Of a stretch of DNA of 64,000 bases, positions 1 through 10,700 are shown piece after piece. A program made the position numbers and the translations under genes. The stretch is from Pelagomonas calceolata (Eukaryota): positions 2,480,001-2,544,000 of the forward strand of contig CAKKNE010000006.1 in the NCBI GenBank assembly GCA_918797485.1, written 5' to 3'. The notes under the pieces are model-generated. The model was not told where the DNA came from and made no database searches. It worked only from the letters and a program-made list of their open reading frames with translations. Each line of letters starts with the position of its first letter. Position 1 is the first letter of the stretch.

Positions 1-1444
1 AAGCATGTCTTGATGAGGGTTCGTCGATGGCCACACTTTTCGGGTACTCGAAGCGAGCTATGGAAGAGTTCCCGTCCCGATACCCCGGGACACCACGAAC
101 ACAAGGAGGGGGACAGCCCTCTTCCACATTCTTCCTCACAATTTGTCCCGCAATGGTAAACACAAACCGCGTCGCGTTGATCTTGCGGATCGCGTGGTTG
201 TTCGTGTCTGCTACTATGAGGTCCCCGCTCTCGTGGTGCACGGCCAAGCCGCGCGGCGCGTCGAAGCGCGCGAAGGTCCCAAAGCCGTCGGCGTAGCCCG
301 GCTCCGGCGCCGCGTCCTGCAACGAATCTCGATAGTCATTGGTACCCTTGCCGCACCTTCCGGCGAAACACGTCACTTGGACGTTCGTAGGCGAAGCGAT
401 GCCGCCCCCCGTGACCTTGCGGATCCTGTGGTTGTCCGTGTCCGCCAAATATATGACGAGTGCGTCGGGGTCGCCCCAGGTACCGTCGTAGGTTATCGCG
501 ACGGCCCTCGGTGACGAGAGTCTTGCTGTACTGCCAGCTCCGTTTTTGTCTCCCTTCTGCCGATGAGGTGGCACTGACCCAACGAGCGTGATCACGCATC
601 CCGACGCGTCGATCCTTCGCAGCGCGTGATTCCCACTATCGGCAACATACACATATCGGTCAGCGTCGACGGCCACGCCAGACGGGTCTTTGAACTTCGC
701 ATTAGTTCCACATCCATCCGCATAACCCTCCTCTGATGAGTGACCGGCCAGAGTGGTCACTTGGCCCTGGGCTTCCGCTCTTCTAGCATATTCCCACTTG
801 TCGGTCGCGACCCACTCCTCGCCGTCGACTAATCTGATTGCATCGGTATTAATACCGGAGCCGGGCTGGTCCTCCAAGTGCGTCCCTGGTGTCGCGCGCC
901 CGCCGCCCCAGCCCCAACATCTGGTAGCGCACTTCGACATGTCCCTTGCTAACGGATCGGTGCAGTTGAAGCCCGACGTGATGACGCACACATGACTGGT
1001 GTGGGGGTTCCCAAAATCATAGCGATGCGTGCCGTTCACACTCCAAGGTGAATCGGACGCCGTGGGGATGTTCTTCGACATTTCCGACGACGGGGCGCCC
1101 TGGATCTGGTAGTCGCACTCGTACCGGTTCTTGGACCCGCAGGCGATCTTTTCGCACCTATGGCATTTGGAAGAACATCCCCTAATATTACACTCGTGGC
1201 GCATGTCCTGGAGATCCTGGTTCGTGCGGCCCTTCCGCTCCCACAAACTCCCCTCCCACTTCTGGTAGGCGAAGGGCCAGGCCGGCTCCTTCACCACGTC
1301 GCACCAGTTCTTCGTGAGCGTCCAGGGCCGCGAGAGGCGGAAGGCCTCCGTGAGCGGCACGGCTATGAGCCGCGTCGGCGTCCAGCCGTCCGCCAGCTGC
1401 GGGAGCAGCACTCCGAGGAGCAGCATAGCTATCCGCGTGATCAT
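1..1444 (-). CDS. Secreted NHL-repeat (beta-propeller) protein, 3' end outside window
   Basis: Manually translated open frame absent from the ORF track (no stop found). Signal-peptide-like start MITRIAMLLLGVLLPQLADG, then NHL repeats VTTLAG...FKDPSGVAVDADRYVYVADSGNHALRRI and LSSPRAVAI...IYLADTDNHRIRKV. Confidence 0.8.
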   Translation of the reverse strand, partial: MITRIAMLLLGVLLPQLADGWTPTRLIAVPLTEAFRLSRPWTLTKNWCDVVKEPAWPFAYQKWEGSLWERKGRTNQDLQDMRHECNIRGCSSKCHRCEKIACGSKNRYECDYQIQGAPSSEMSKNIPTASDSPWSVNGTHRYDFGNPHTSHVCVITSGFNCTDPLARDMSKCATRCWGWGGGRATPGTHLEDQPGSGINTDAIRLVDGEEWVATDKWEYARRAEAQGQVTTLAGHSSEEGYADGCGTNAKFKDPSGVAVDADRYVYVADSGNHALRRIDASGCVITLVGSVPPHRQKGDKNGAGSTARLSSPRAVAITYDGTWGDPDALVIYLADTDNHRIRKVTGGGIASPTNVQVTCFAGRCGKGTNDYRDSLQDAAPEPGYADGFGTFARFDAPRGLAVHHESGDLIVADTNNHAIRKINATRFVFTIAGQIVRKNVEEGCPPPCVRGVPGYRDGNSSIARFEYPKSVAIDEPSSRHA

Positions 1445-1893
1445 GGCGGCCCGCCGCGGCCCTCCGCCCCACCCTGGGGTGGCTGGGCTGCCCAGCGGGC
1501 CCTGTCGCTCCGAACGGCTGCCCGTGCGATCGAAGCGCGTCGATCGCAGTGCTCCGGGCGCCCGATGAAGCCTTCGGCTGCCTCGAGTGGCCAGCGGCCT
1601 GCGGCCAACGCGAGTCCCAGCGGCTATCCCTTCGCGTCGAAGCCTAGTATGTGCTAGTACGTCGCTGCCGCTCGCGACGCCTGTTGGTACCATTCAGGCG
1701 CCAGAGAGTCCGTGGAGAGATGGGTGTACGCTCCATGCAAAAAGAAAAAATGTTGGCTGCTCTTTGCCGGGTCTCAGCACCTGGCACTGCTAGTAGACAG
1801 CAAGTTGTGCGTCGTGCGTAGTCGTGTACGTTCAGGCACGCCGCCGACGACGCGTCGTCGTGTCTGAGAAGGGACAAAAAGTACAACTTACAA

Positions 1894-2880
1894 TCAACGC
1901 GTGTCGACGGTATAGTACCGCTCCACCGACGACACGTAGCTCCGGCCGAGGTCGCGGCCCTGGGCCTCGATCCACTCGAAGAGGGACCTCCGAGCCTTGA
2001 TGCGCGGGTCGTCCGGAACGTCGGCCACCGTGAGGCCCGACGTGAGCAGGTCCAGGTCGTCCGCGTCCAGCAGCGTGTCACCCGTTATCCAGTCAATTGG
2101 CTTTGTGAGTGCGGTGATGGTCGCCGTCGAGAGGAGCGGTCCGGCGGCCGCGATGCGAGCCATGCCGCCGGACGCGTCGCGCAGCTTCGTAAACAACTCC
2201 ATTGCCGTCGGCGCGTCGGGGCCGCACGCATCGACCTCCTCCCCCGACGTTTTGAGAGAAGTGCCCAACTCTTCCATCAGCGCCGCAATATCTCTCACGT
2301 GCACCGGCTGGAAGCGGTGGCTCCCGTCGCCGGCCAACAAGAATAACGGAGACCGCCGCAACACCCACGCCGCATTATTCATCAATATGGACTCCTGGGC
2401 GGAGTCGCCAAAGATGCCGCACGGCCGCACGATCGCGTAGTTGACGCCTGAGTCCCGCAGCGCCGCCTCGGCTTTAGCTTTGCCGGCGATGTACGGGAAC
2501 GGCGAATCTACAGAAGTTCGCGTGTGCGACGCCATCACTATCTTCTGGACGCCCGCTCGTTTCGCGGCCTCCCAGAGCCGCGCGCAGTTCGCCGCGGCTA
2601 TTGAGTGGGGGCTCTCACCGCCGCGGTCGGCGAACCGCACCCAGTACGTCGAGAACAGCACGTCGCAACCTTCGAGGCTCCGCGCCATCGCGTCGACGTC
2701 GTTGAAATCTAGTCGTACGCGATGCGTTCCCAATGCGCGCGCCTGTGGTGCGCTCAAAGGCTCTGGAGCTATGGGCACGCCGCGTCTTGATAAATTGACG
2801 ACATCATGGCCCTTGGAGAGGAGTGAGGCTGCTAGGTACCTTCCGCTGTATGACAACGCGCCAGTGATTGCGCACTTCAT
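1894..2880 (-). CDS. Atypical short-chain dehydrogenase / NAD(P)-binding Rossmann protein (NDUFA9-like)
   Basis: N-terminal ITGALSYSGRYL glycine-rich motif, YxxxK (YIAGK), IVRPCGIFG, FQPVHVRD. Start taken at MKCAITG. Confidence 0.8.
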   Translation of the reverse strand: MKCAITGALSYSGRYLAASLLSKGHDVVNLSRRGVPIAPEPLSAPQARALGTHRVRLDFNDVDAMARSLEGCDVLFSTYWVRFADRGGESPHSIAAANCARLWEAAKRAGVQKIVMASHTRTSVDSPFPYIAGKAKAEAALRDSGVNYAIVRPCGIFGDSAQESILMNNAAWVLRRSPLFLLAGDGSHRFQPVHVRDIAALMEELGTSLKTSGEEVDACGPDAPTAMELFTKLRDASGGMARIAAAGPLLSTATITALTKPIDWITGDTLLDADDLDLLTSGLTVADVPDDPRIKARRSLFEWIEAQGRDLGRSYVSSVERYYTVDTR

Positions 2881-3233
2881 TGCTGCTCGCCTGCTGCGGC
2901 TTGCGCTGGCGTTGCTGGTGTGCTGTGTTGTGCTGTGCAGGCAATGACAGCGGCGCAGCGATGCTTTCTTCGATGCGTGCTGCGAGTTACGGGTGTGAAG
3001 GGTATGCACAGATGCCGCAGCGTAGTTTTGACAATCTGCGGGGGCTAGGACGGCTTGCCAAGGTGGCTGCTCTCAGAGCTGGTGCCAGCAAGAGAGCAGC
3101 TTTGCAAACCACGCTAGCGCTCGGTTTCAGACGAGTCCAGCCTCTGCTGCATCTCTCGAGCCACGCATCGGTGCGAGCGACTCAAAATCTTACCGCTGCA
3201 GCGGTGCGCGATAGAGCATAAGACACTGCAGTG

Positions 3234-3648
3234 ATGCAAGCCTTACGCACAGTCGCACTGCTCGCCGCATTGATGCCAGCAGCATCACTCCTCGCCCCGA
3301 CGCCATCACCGCGACGCTTCCTCGCGGTATCGGCGAAGAAAAAGCCCGCGGCCGCGGGCGGCTTTGGCGCGGCCGCGCCGTCGACGCCGAAGACGAAGAA
3401 GAAGGCGCGTCGGCCGCGTCCTGCGCCGTCGACGCGTCCCCGCCACTCACCCGTCGCTGGCCACGCAGGACAAGCAGAAGAAGAAGGACGACGAGCCCGG
3501 CCTCGCTCGACCGTGGGACACGGACGACTCAGACGAGAACGCGACCCGAGCACAGAAGCGCGGCGGCAAGATAGGAAAACGCGGCGACGGCGGCGGACCC
3601 GCTCCGCAGCCGTCCGGGGGCATGAGCGCCGGCGTGAAGCTCAACTAA
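3234..3648 (+). CDS. Small hypothetical protein, probably plastid-targeted; one GC-AG intron at 3405-3468
   Basis: Signal plus transit-like N-terminus (MQALRTVALLAALMPAASLLAP...AKKKPAAAGGFG). Removing GCGCGT...CACGCAG joins ORF 3231 to ORF 3364 in frame (KKK|DKQKKK). Confidence 0.65.
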
Positions 3649-3676
3649 TCTATGTTGTACATGTCACTTAAAACAA

Positions 3677-4888
3677 CTACATATGCCCGCCGCTCAGCCA
3701 GCGCCTTCTCACCCACAGGTACGCGTCCTGGAGGCCCGGGCCGAGCGGGCGCAGCGACGCGAGGAGCGGCAGGAGCGCCTGCTCCGTCGCTGTCGGCGCG
3801 ATAATGAACAATGGCGTCCGGCGCAACTTCTCGGGCACGACGCGGTACTGCTCTAACACGAACGAGATGCGCTTTGTCTCTGGTGTTTGATCCACCGCGC
3901 AGTCGCCCTCGTTGTTCAAACAGAAGGCCTTCACGCGGTGCGACTGGTCGCCCCGGAACACTAACACGGAGCCCTCGCGCGGCGCGTGGCTCCGCCCCGC
4001 CACGACGAGCTCGCCGCCATCGAGACCCTGGGGCACTTGCAAATAAGCGACTGAGACAGAATACGCCGTCTGCTCGCGCTGCGTCGACGGCTGCATGAGG
4101 GTCTGGTCGACGTGCGAGCCCACGCCGACCGTCCTATTTTTATCGCGGCCCGGCGGCACGACGAGGATGTTGAAGACGAAGGCGTCGCATCTATCATCTA
4201 ACAATTCCTGCAACACGCCCTCGTAGAGCCACGCGTAGGCCGGATGTTGAAACGCGTACGCATCCTCGAACGCAGCCCGCGTAAAGTGGAGGACGACACC
4301 CCGCGTCCCGCCGAAGCCCTCCTCGCTGAGCGGATTCGCGTCGCCGACAACTCCCAACAAGTGCTCGCCCTTCTCCACCAAGTCTCTGCGTTTTTCGATA
4401 GAAAAGACGCCGTCGCGCCACGCCACGTCGGGCACTATTCTCGGATCAGAACCGGGCACCTCGTCCTCCCATTTCTCCTTGAACGCTACTACTTCCACTA
4501 GGTCTCTGAGTGTCCAGACGGCAAAGCTGGCGCAGATGAGGAGTAGGAAGACTACGATGTCCAGCAGTCTTTTGATTCTCACGCCCCGCTTGCGATCGGC
4601 GATCAGGTCGATGGCTTGCAGGTCGCCGAACGCCGCCGCTTTTGCGAGCCAGGCCTCCGCCTCCGCCTCGCTGCCGCCACAACTCTCGTGGCGGTAGCCT
4701 AGCGCGTAGCAGGCCCTCCCCTTGAGCGCGGCGTCGCCGTCGCCGTCGAGGATCGGTAGTAAGAGTTTTTCTGCTTCTACGCCGTCGCCGGGACCGTTCC
4801 GTCGCAACAATTGCGTGGCGCGCGTGAAGTATTGCATCGGCGGCTCCTTGGTCTCCTCGGCATAGCGGCCCCGGGCCTCGTCGGCCAT
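3677..4888 (-). CDS. Sel1/TPR-like repeat + transmembrane segment + 2OG-Fe(II) oxygenase-like domain
   Basis: ACYALGYRHE...AWLAKAAAFG repeat, a hydrophobic helix, the HxD motif (HVDQ), GGELVV...GSVLVFRGDQSHRV and RISFVLE. Confidence 0.6.
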   Translation of the reverse strand: MADEARGRYAEETKEPPMQYFTRATQLLRRNGPGDGVEAEKLLLPILDGDGDAALKGRACYALGYRHESCGGSEAEAEAWLAKAAAFGDLQAIDLIADRKRGVRIKRLLDIVVFLLLICASFAVWTLRDLVEVVAFKEKWEDEVPGSDPRIVPDVAWRDGVFSIEKRRDLVEKGEHLLGVVGDANPLSEEGFGGTRGVVLHFTRAAFEDAYAFQHPAYAWLYEGVLQELLDDRCDAFVFNILVVPPGRDKNRTVGVGSHVDQTLMQPSTQREQTAYSVSVAYLQVPQGLDGGELVVAGRSHAPREGSVLVFRGDQSHRVKAFCLNNEGDCAVDQTPETKRISFVLEQYRVVPEKLRRTPLFIIAPTATEQALLPLLASLRPLGPGLQDAYLWVRRRWLSGGHM

Positions 4889-5074
4889 TGATGCTATATG
4901 CGCTGCGCTGCGATGGCGTGCGGTGGTGCTATGGCTGTATCGGGCCAAATCCTGACGGTTTTTTTGTGCGTTTCGGCCGCGCGCAGCCCTGACAGCGCTG
5001 TCGCGACGGGATCTGGCCTCTGCTAGCCCCGTGTGCGCCGGCTGTGGATATTAAATGCCCGATTAATTCTTCTG

Positions 5075-5098
5075 GGTAGCGTCGTTGTAACACACTAG
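5075..5098 (-). promoter_or_regulatory. CTAG-bipartite intergenic motif, copy 1
   Basis: Minus strand CTAGTGTGTTACAACGACGCTACC, between divergent genes. Confidence 0.55.
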
Positions 5099-5306
5099 TA
5101 TTTCAGCCGCGGCCTCGTAAAACGCGCACCGCTCCTCTATACGGACTGCGCGCACGCCTGTAGAGCGTCTGCGACCGCGCGATCACTGCGCCGGGCAACT
5201 CTGCAGACGCGCCGCAAGCGCCGCGCGCCTTTGGACCCCAAAGGCTTCCACTGACCAAAACGCCGCCGCGGCGCGAGCGACGAGCCGCCGCGCGCGCACG
5301 GCCACC

Positions 5307-6530
5307 ATGCCCCTCGAAAGCACGATAATATGCCTCGACACGAGTGAATTCATGAGGAACGGCGACTTCACGCCGACGCGGCACGAGAGCCAGCAGGACG
5401 CCGCCAATCTCGTAGTAGGAGCGAAGATGCAGCAGAACCCCGAATCATCAGTAGGTGTCCTGACCATGGCGTCGACCGGTCGAGGCGCTGGAGCAAGAGT
5501 GCTTGTGAGCCCTACGGACGACATGGGCAACATTCTGAATTCGCTGCACAACGCGTCCGTCGGCGGCCAGTTGAACTTCGTCGAAGGTGTCCAGGTGGCG
5601 CAGTTGGCTCTCAAACATAGAAGAAACAAGAACGGCGCGCAGAGGATTGTGCTCTTTGTTGGGAGTCCGGTAGAAGCGGAACAAAAAGCACTGGTGAAAG
5701 TGGGAAAACTCCTCAAGAAGAACAATATTGCGGTCGATGTCGTGGTGCTGGGCGACCGGGACGGCAACGCGGACAAGCTACGGGCCTTTGTGGACGCCGC
5801 AAATGCTAATGATAACTCGAATTTAGTTGCGATTCCCGCGGGCGTGGTCCCGTCGGACGTGCTTATATCTTCTCCGGTGATCCAGGGCAAGGACTCCGGC
5901 GGTGGGGGAGGTGGTGGCGAGGCTTCTACGGGCGGCGGCGGCGGCGGCGGTGGCGGCTTCGCGGAGTTTGGGGGCATCGATCCGAACCTCGACCCGGAGC
6001 TGGCGATGGCGTTGCGCATCTCCATGGAGGAGGAGCGCGCGCGCCAGGAAGCAGCCGCGTCCGCGGAGGGGGGCGCCGCGCCGGCGGACGGGGCCGCCGC
6101 CGAGGCCTCGCCGGCCGCTTCAACGGAGGAAGCGCCCGCCGCCTCGACGCCGAAGACGCCCGAGGCGCCGCAGGACGACGACGCCATGGACGAAGATGAT
6201 GCTCTATTACAGGAAGCTCTCGCGATGTCGATGAAGGAGGACACGGAGGGCGCGACCGTCGAGCCCCAGGCTGATCAGATGGAGGACGACGAGGAGGACG
6301 AGGAGATGAAGCTCGCCCTGGCCATGTCCATGCAGCAGGCGTCGTCCGAGGCGCCGGCGCCCGCCGCGGCTGCTGGCGAGTTCAACGACCCCGCGTTCGT
6401 CAACTCCATGCTCGCGCAGCTGCCGGGCGTCGACCCGAACGATCCTGCTATTCAAGCAGCTTTAGCATCGATCAACCAGGGTGGGGAGAAGAAGGACGAC
6501 GACGCGCCGGCGCCGGCGCCGGCGCCCTAG
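5307..6530 (+). CDS. RPN10: 26S proteasome regulatory subunit Rpn10/PSMD4
   Basis: vWA domain MPLESTIICLDTSEFMRNGDF...QLALKHR; UIMs DPELAMALRISMEEE, LLQEALAMSM and MKLALAMSM; C-terminal LPGVDPNDP. Confidence 0.97.
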   Translation: MPLESTIICLDTSEFMRNGDFTPTRHESQQDAANLVVGAKMQQNPESSVGVLTMASTGRGAGARVLVSPTDDMGNILNSLHNASVGGQLNFVEGVQVAQLALKHRRNKNGAQRIVLFVGSPVEAEQKALVKVGKLLKKNNIAVDVVVLGDRDGNADKLRAFVDAANANDNSNLVAIPAGVVPSDVLISSPVIQGKDSGGGGGGGEASTGGGGGGGGGFAEFGGIDPNLDPELAMALRISMEEERARQEAAASAEGGAAPADGAAAEASPAASTEEAPAASTPKTPEAPQDDDAMDEDDALLQEALAMSMKEDTEGATVEPQADQMEDDEEDEEMKLALAMSMQQASSEAPAPAAAAGEFNDPAFVNSMLAQLPGVDPNDPAIQAALASINQGGEKKDDDAPAPAPAP

Positions 6531-6700
6531 CCTATCTATCATAACGTTACGTAGTACACAGCGAGTTAAAGAGATATCGGGTCGGACGACGATAGGCGTG
6601 GTGGTGGCGTGGACTGGGGCCAGCGCGACCACTCAGCTCACGCGACAGACCCTCGCACACAGACCTCGAACGGACGATGATGGGCGCGTAGTACAAGGAC

Positions 6701-7516
6701 CTAGCTCACGCAACACAAGCCCGGGGGCCCCTCGCCCGCGTCCGCCCGTCTTCGAGCCTCGCGCCGCCGCATCGCGTCCTGGCGGATGCGCCGCGCGTGC
6801 TTCCCCGAGGGCTGCGGTCTTCCTAAACGCGAAAACCGCCGACATCGATCCAACACGTCCTCGACCAAGGCAGAAGCGGCGCCTCCAGTGGACACGTTGT
6901 CCAATAAACAGTGCCCTCCCCGCAACGAGTCCGCGGCGACCCGCGCGTCGCCGTCCAAACCCTCCAAGAATTCTTGGAGCGACGCCTCCTCCAGCAAGTC
7001 GGCGTGCGTCCACACTAAGCATGCACTATTCCGCCAGGCCCGTCCGAGGGCGAACCCAACAGCTACCATAGCTTCCAAATCGGCCGTGTTCAAGCGAGAC
7101 GCGCAGGACGCCACATACAGTACGGAGAAGCGCGCCTCCTTTCCCGTAGTTGTGACGGCTTCTTCGGCCTCCTGCGTCGCTTTTCTAATAGCCGCGGCCG
7201 TGGCGTTCGTCCCCAAACCAGCATCGCCGAAGCCCGGCGTGTCCAGGACCACTAAAGCGTCGCCGCAGGCCACGCCGCAGCTCTTCGTGACGGGGCCCGC
7301 GGATCTTTGAGCCCGGCGCTTTTCTACATTACCAGACAAGCGGTTCGCGGTCGCCGATTTACCGGCGCCGCAGAGGCCGACGAGCACTATAACTAGGACT
7401 TCATCCTTTGCTTTGGAAGCGCACTGCATGATCTCTTGCGCGTCGCTGGCGTCGAGGAGGGACGGCTCGTCATTGGTGATGGACAAGTTGTTGAGTTGCG
7501 CCTCAAGCTCGGCCAT
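6701..7516 (-). CDS. AIG1/GIMAP-type P-loop GTPase
   Basis: IVLVGLCGAGKSATAN (G1), VTKSC (G2), VLDTPGF (G3), WTHAD (G4). Confidence 0.85.
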   Translation of the reverse strand: MAELEAQLNNLSITNDEPSLLDASDAQEIMQCASKAKDEVLVIVLVGLCGAGKSATANRLSGNVEKRRAQRSAGPVTKSCGVACGDALVVLDTPGFGDAGLGTNATAAAIRKATQEAEEAVTTTGKEARFSVLYVASCASRLNTADLEAMVAVGFALGRAWRNSACLVWTHADLLEEASLQEFLEGLDGDARVAADSLRGGHCLLDNVSTGGAASALVEDVLDRCRRFSRLGRPQPSGKHARRIRQDAMRRREARRRADAGEGPPGLCCVS

Positions 7517-7679
7517 TTTGCAGCTGTGGGTGCTGCTTGTTGGGCCAGCGGCGTTACGCCTCGAGCGTGAGTGATCTAGCCTTCGCAGCAGTCGATAGCG
7601 ATCGATGGTGCAGTGCGGCGCCCGTTTTAACACGCCAGCGGGCCAATGCGTGCAACTCAAAAAGCTGCGTAAACTCGCA

Positions 7680-7703
7680 GCTAGCGGATCGTAACACACT
7701 AGG
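7680..7703 (-). promoter_or_regulatory. CTAG-bipartite intergenic motif, copy 2
   Basis: Minus strand CTAGTGTGTTACGATCCGCTAGC, about 165 bp upstream of the GTPase ATG. Confidence 0.65.
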
Positions 7704-7734
7704 AAGTAGAACCGACAAAAGACTCACACAACTA

Positions 7735-10700
7735 CTACTTATGCCCCTCGTGCCGGTGGTGCTCCTCCTCCGCAAGATGGTGAAGCCCCTCGCGCAACCG
7801 CGACACGCCGCCCATGCTGTGGAGCCCGTGCTCGCGCGCCCATTCCACGTCCGCGCCGTCCGCGACGGCACCTAACGCCTCAAGGGCGTTGTCCTCGTCC
7901 CTCCGAACGACGTGGCTCTGGTGTTTCGTGGTCTTCATCCGCACTTCCACATCTGCTCTCCTTGTCTTATATCCCCTAATAGAAAACCACCGGTCCTGCT
8001 GTTGGGGACTGAGGAAGTGGCCCATCCGCACCGAATGCGTCTGCGTGCGCACGGTCCCGCGGTACTTAATAACTAAATTTTGAAAACAGTAGATCAGTGT
8101 GAGTGACACTTTCTCCGCCAAGGTACAAGAGGTATCAGGATCCATGTACCGATGAACTCTCTCCACATCCGCGTCACTCTCGTCCGTACTATGGTCGCAG
8201 CGCTGCGTCAGGGCCTCGTAGAACTCCGTGAGCTGCGTACAGCCCAGCTCCCGCATGTCTTTTGCCGACGGGACTTGTACGCTTCGATCGACTAACCTAA
8301 CAAAGGCCTCCAAAAAAGTGACCCACGACAACGCTCTGAATTTGGGAGCGCCCTCATCAATGAATTTCATCCTACTAAAGACGAAGGCATGGGTGGCTTC
8401 TGAACGAGATAGATTCCTAGCATACAGGCCCGAGTGCTCGACGAACAAAAACCACTCCTTGAGGCCGAATAAAGTTCTTCCAGCGATGGGGTGCATCCCT
8501 GAGTATAGTTCAAATAGCCCTCTCAGGATGGATTTGTGTCGCAACAACGCCGTATCCACTTCCTCGCAGTACAACTTCCGCCGCCGAAACTCGTCCGCGT
8601 CGACGACCACGTCGTGCGGCAGATGTAGTAAATGATCTCTCAAAACGTGATGTAAGGCATCGCTCAAAATTTCCACCGCATGTTCCGGGTGTTCCCTAGC
8701 GTGTTGCTCCACATTACCCTTGGCCACGGCGATCCGTAATAAAGCTTCCACCAGCTCGTGGCGCATCATGGCCGTGTCGTCGTTCGCCGCGTTGAGCTTG
8801 CTGTCCTTGTTGCCGACTTCGACGTTGACCTGGACGAAGATGCGCTGGGCGAGTTCTGAGGTAATCTTGGTGCCTTCAGCCTCATGCCGGTGGTGCTCCT
8901 CCTCCGCGAGGTGGTGGAGCCCCTCGCGTATCATGGTAACGCCGCCCAGGCTGTGGGGCTGCTCCTGGGGCGCCGGCGCCGGTCCCCTCATCGAGGCACC
9001 ACGCCGGAGGCTTCGTTTATCCTCGAGTAATGAAGCATCTCTGAGTAAAGAAAAAAAGGCGTTTTGCGACATGTCGAAGGGATCCGCATTCGAACTTCGA
9101 TAGCCGTAGTACTCCATGCACTGCGACAGGAGGCGATACATGGGCAGCATCTCGTGTCTTATAGCTTCGACGATCGCCTCGGTGCCGGAACCGTCCGGTA
9201 ATTGCCCAGCGAGTCGATTGATGAATTTCGGCCAGCGCGGTTGCTCCTCCAAAATCCTCAGGTCTTGCGCGAGCATCCGCGCGTGAACCTTCTCAGGGTT
9301 GTAGAAGCCGTGCGAATCGGCCTCCTTGATTCTGGGGGCGTATATAGATTCAGCTAGCTTCCAAACAGGTCTAGGTGTCTCCACATGAACGACGGGCGGC
9401 GGTGGGGGTACGTACTCCACTAACAGATGCAGCGTGTACCGCGGCAGCATGCCCAGTGGCGTCCTCGAGTGGCCTAACAACTCCATGCTTCGTAGGTGTG
9501 GCATGTGGTGCCTGTGGCATCTTGGACAATCAACTACGTCTCTCTCCGACAAAGGGTCGATGTCCTCAAGTGTATCAAGTGCAGGCGTCTTCAGATCCGA
9601 CAACGCGTCGTCGTCCGACCATAATTGAGGTTCTGTAGGCCTCAACCATGCGCCAGGATCCAACACCTCACACGGCACACGACTAGCGTGATGTAAGTGG
9701 TACCGCTGGTCGGGCCCGCCGTCGGGGTCGGCAAAGGCGTAAGAAGAAAACATGTCTCCTACCACTGATCCTGGGACATGTTTAAATGCACACAAATGAG
9801 TATCACGCATAGCGCGCTGGTCCCAGTTCATATTGCCACCTCTGGCCTCGTTAAACGTAAAACAGTGAGGTTTTCCACCAGGTGCGACAACACAAATTTT
9901 GTCGAGCTGTTGCGCGACCATCGACGAGGCTTGCGAGTAGTCGTCGGGCCATTTCTCCGCTTCCGCATTCACTATGAGGGGCGTCCAGGGGTCGTGCCCT
10001 TTCTCGGTCGGGACACTTCCTTTCCTTCCAGCAGGACCTATCCGATGCGAGCCGGCTCTCGGTCTTGTGGCGTCTAACGCCGCGCATTTCTGCCTTCGTT
10101 TAGATGGTGCACTCTTGGGTCGAGGTGGTATGGGTTCGCGCACGGCCCGCACCGCGAAATACGGATCTTTTTCTCCCTCGACTTGAGGAGTCCAGAGTGT
10201 GGACGCGTGGCGGCCCCATTCGGTGCAAGCCTTGCCGGGGTGTTTCCGGTAGGTCGCCGACTGGGGCCGCGACGGCTGCGGCGGGCCGTACGGTCGCATC
10301 AACCGAGGCACGTACTCGTCATTTTTGAATGTTTCCAGGAACCAGGTTTCATACCTCTTCGTCAAGTTTTGTTTGATGCGCGGCAGATTCTCGGGCGTGT
10401 TTTCTGGTTCGTCGGAGCCTAGGCGTCTTGGAACTACGGGCGCAAATCCCGCGTCCAATCGCTGACAGTAGGCTAGGAACCGGGCGCGCGCGTCCCTTTG
10501 TAAGTTTGAGAGAGTAGAGACGGCGAGTTCCCTCGTAACGACATCCACGTCACTTTCATCGGGTGCCGTGGCCACGTCAACGAGAGCGGCGAGGCCGTGC
10601 TCCGCCAACACAGTCGTCGCGTCCTTGCCTCCTGTCGACAGGTTCAACAGGCAGTGCAACGCTTCTTTCCGGAATGATGCGGAGCGCTCCATCATGACTA

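Noticed and set aside
5183..6244. 353-aa antisense ORF over RPN10, and many similar long shadow ORFs (e.g. 19205-20653, 53676-54740, 55797-57320)
   Set aside because: Expected by-products of high GC3 codon bias; low-complexity Ser/Ala/Arg translations without motifs.
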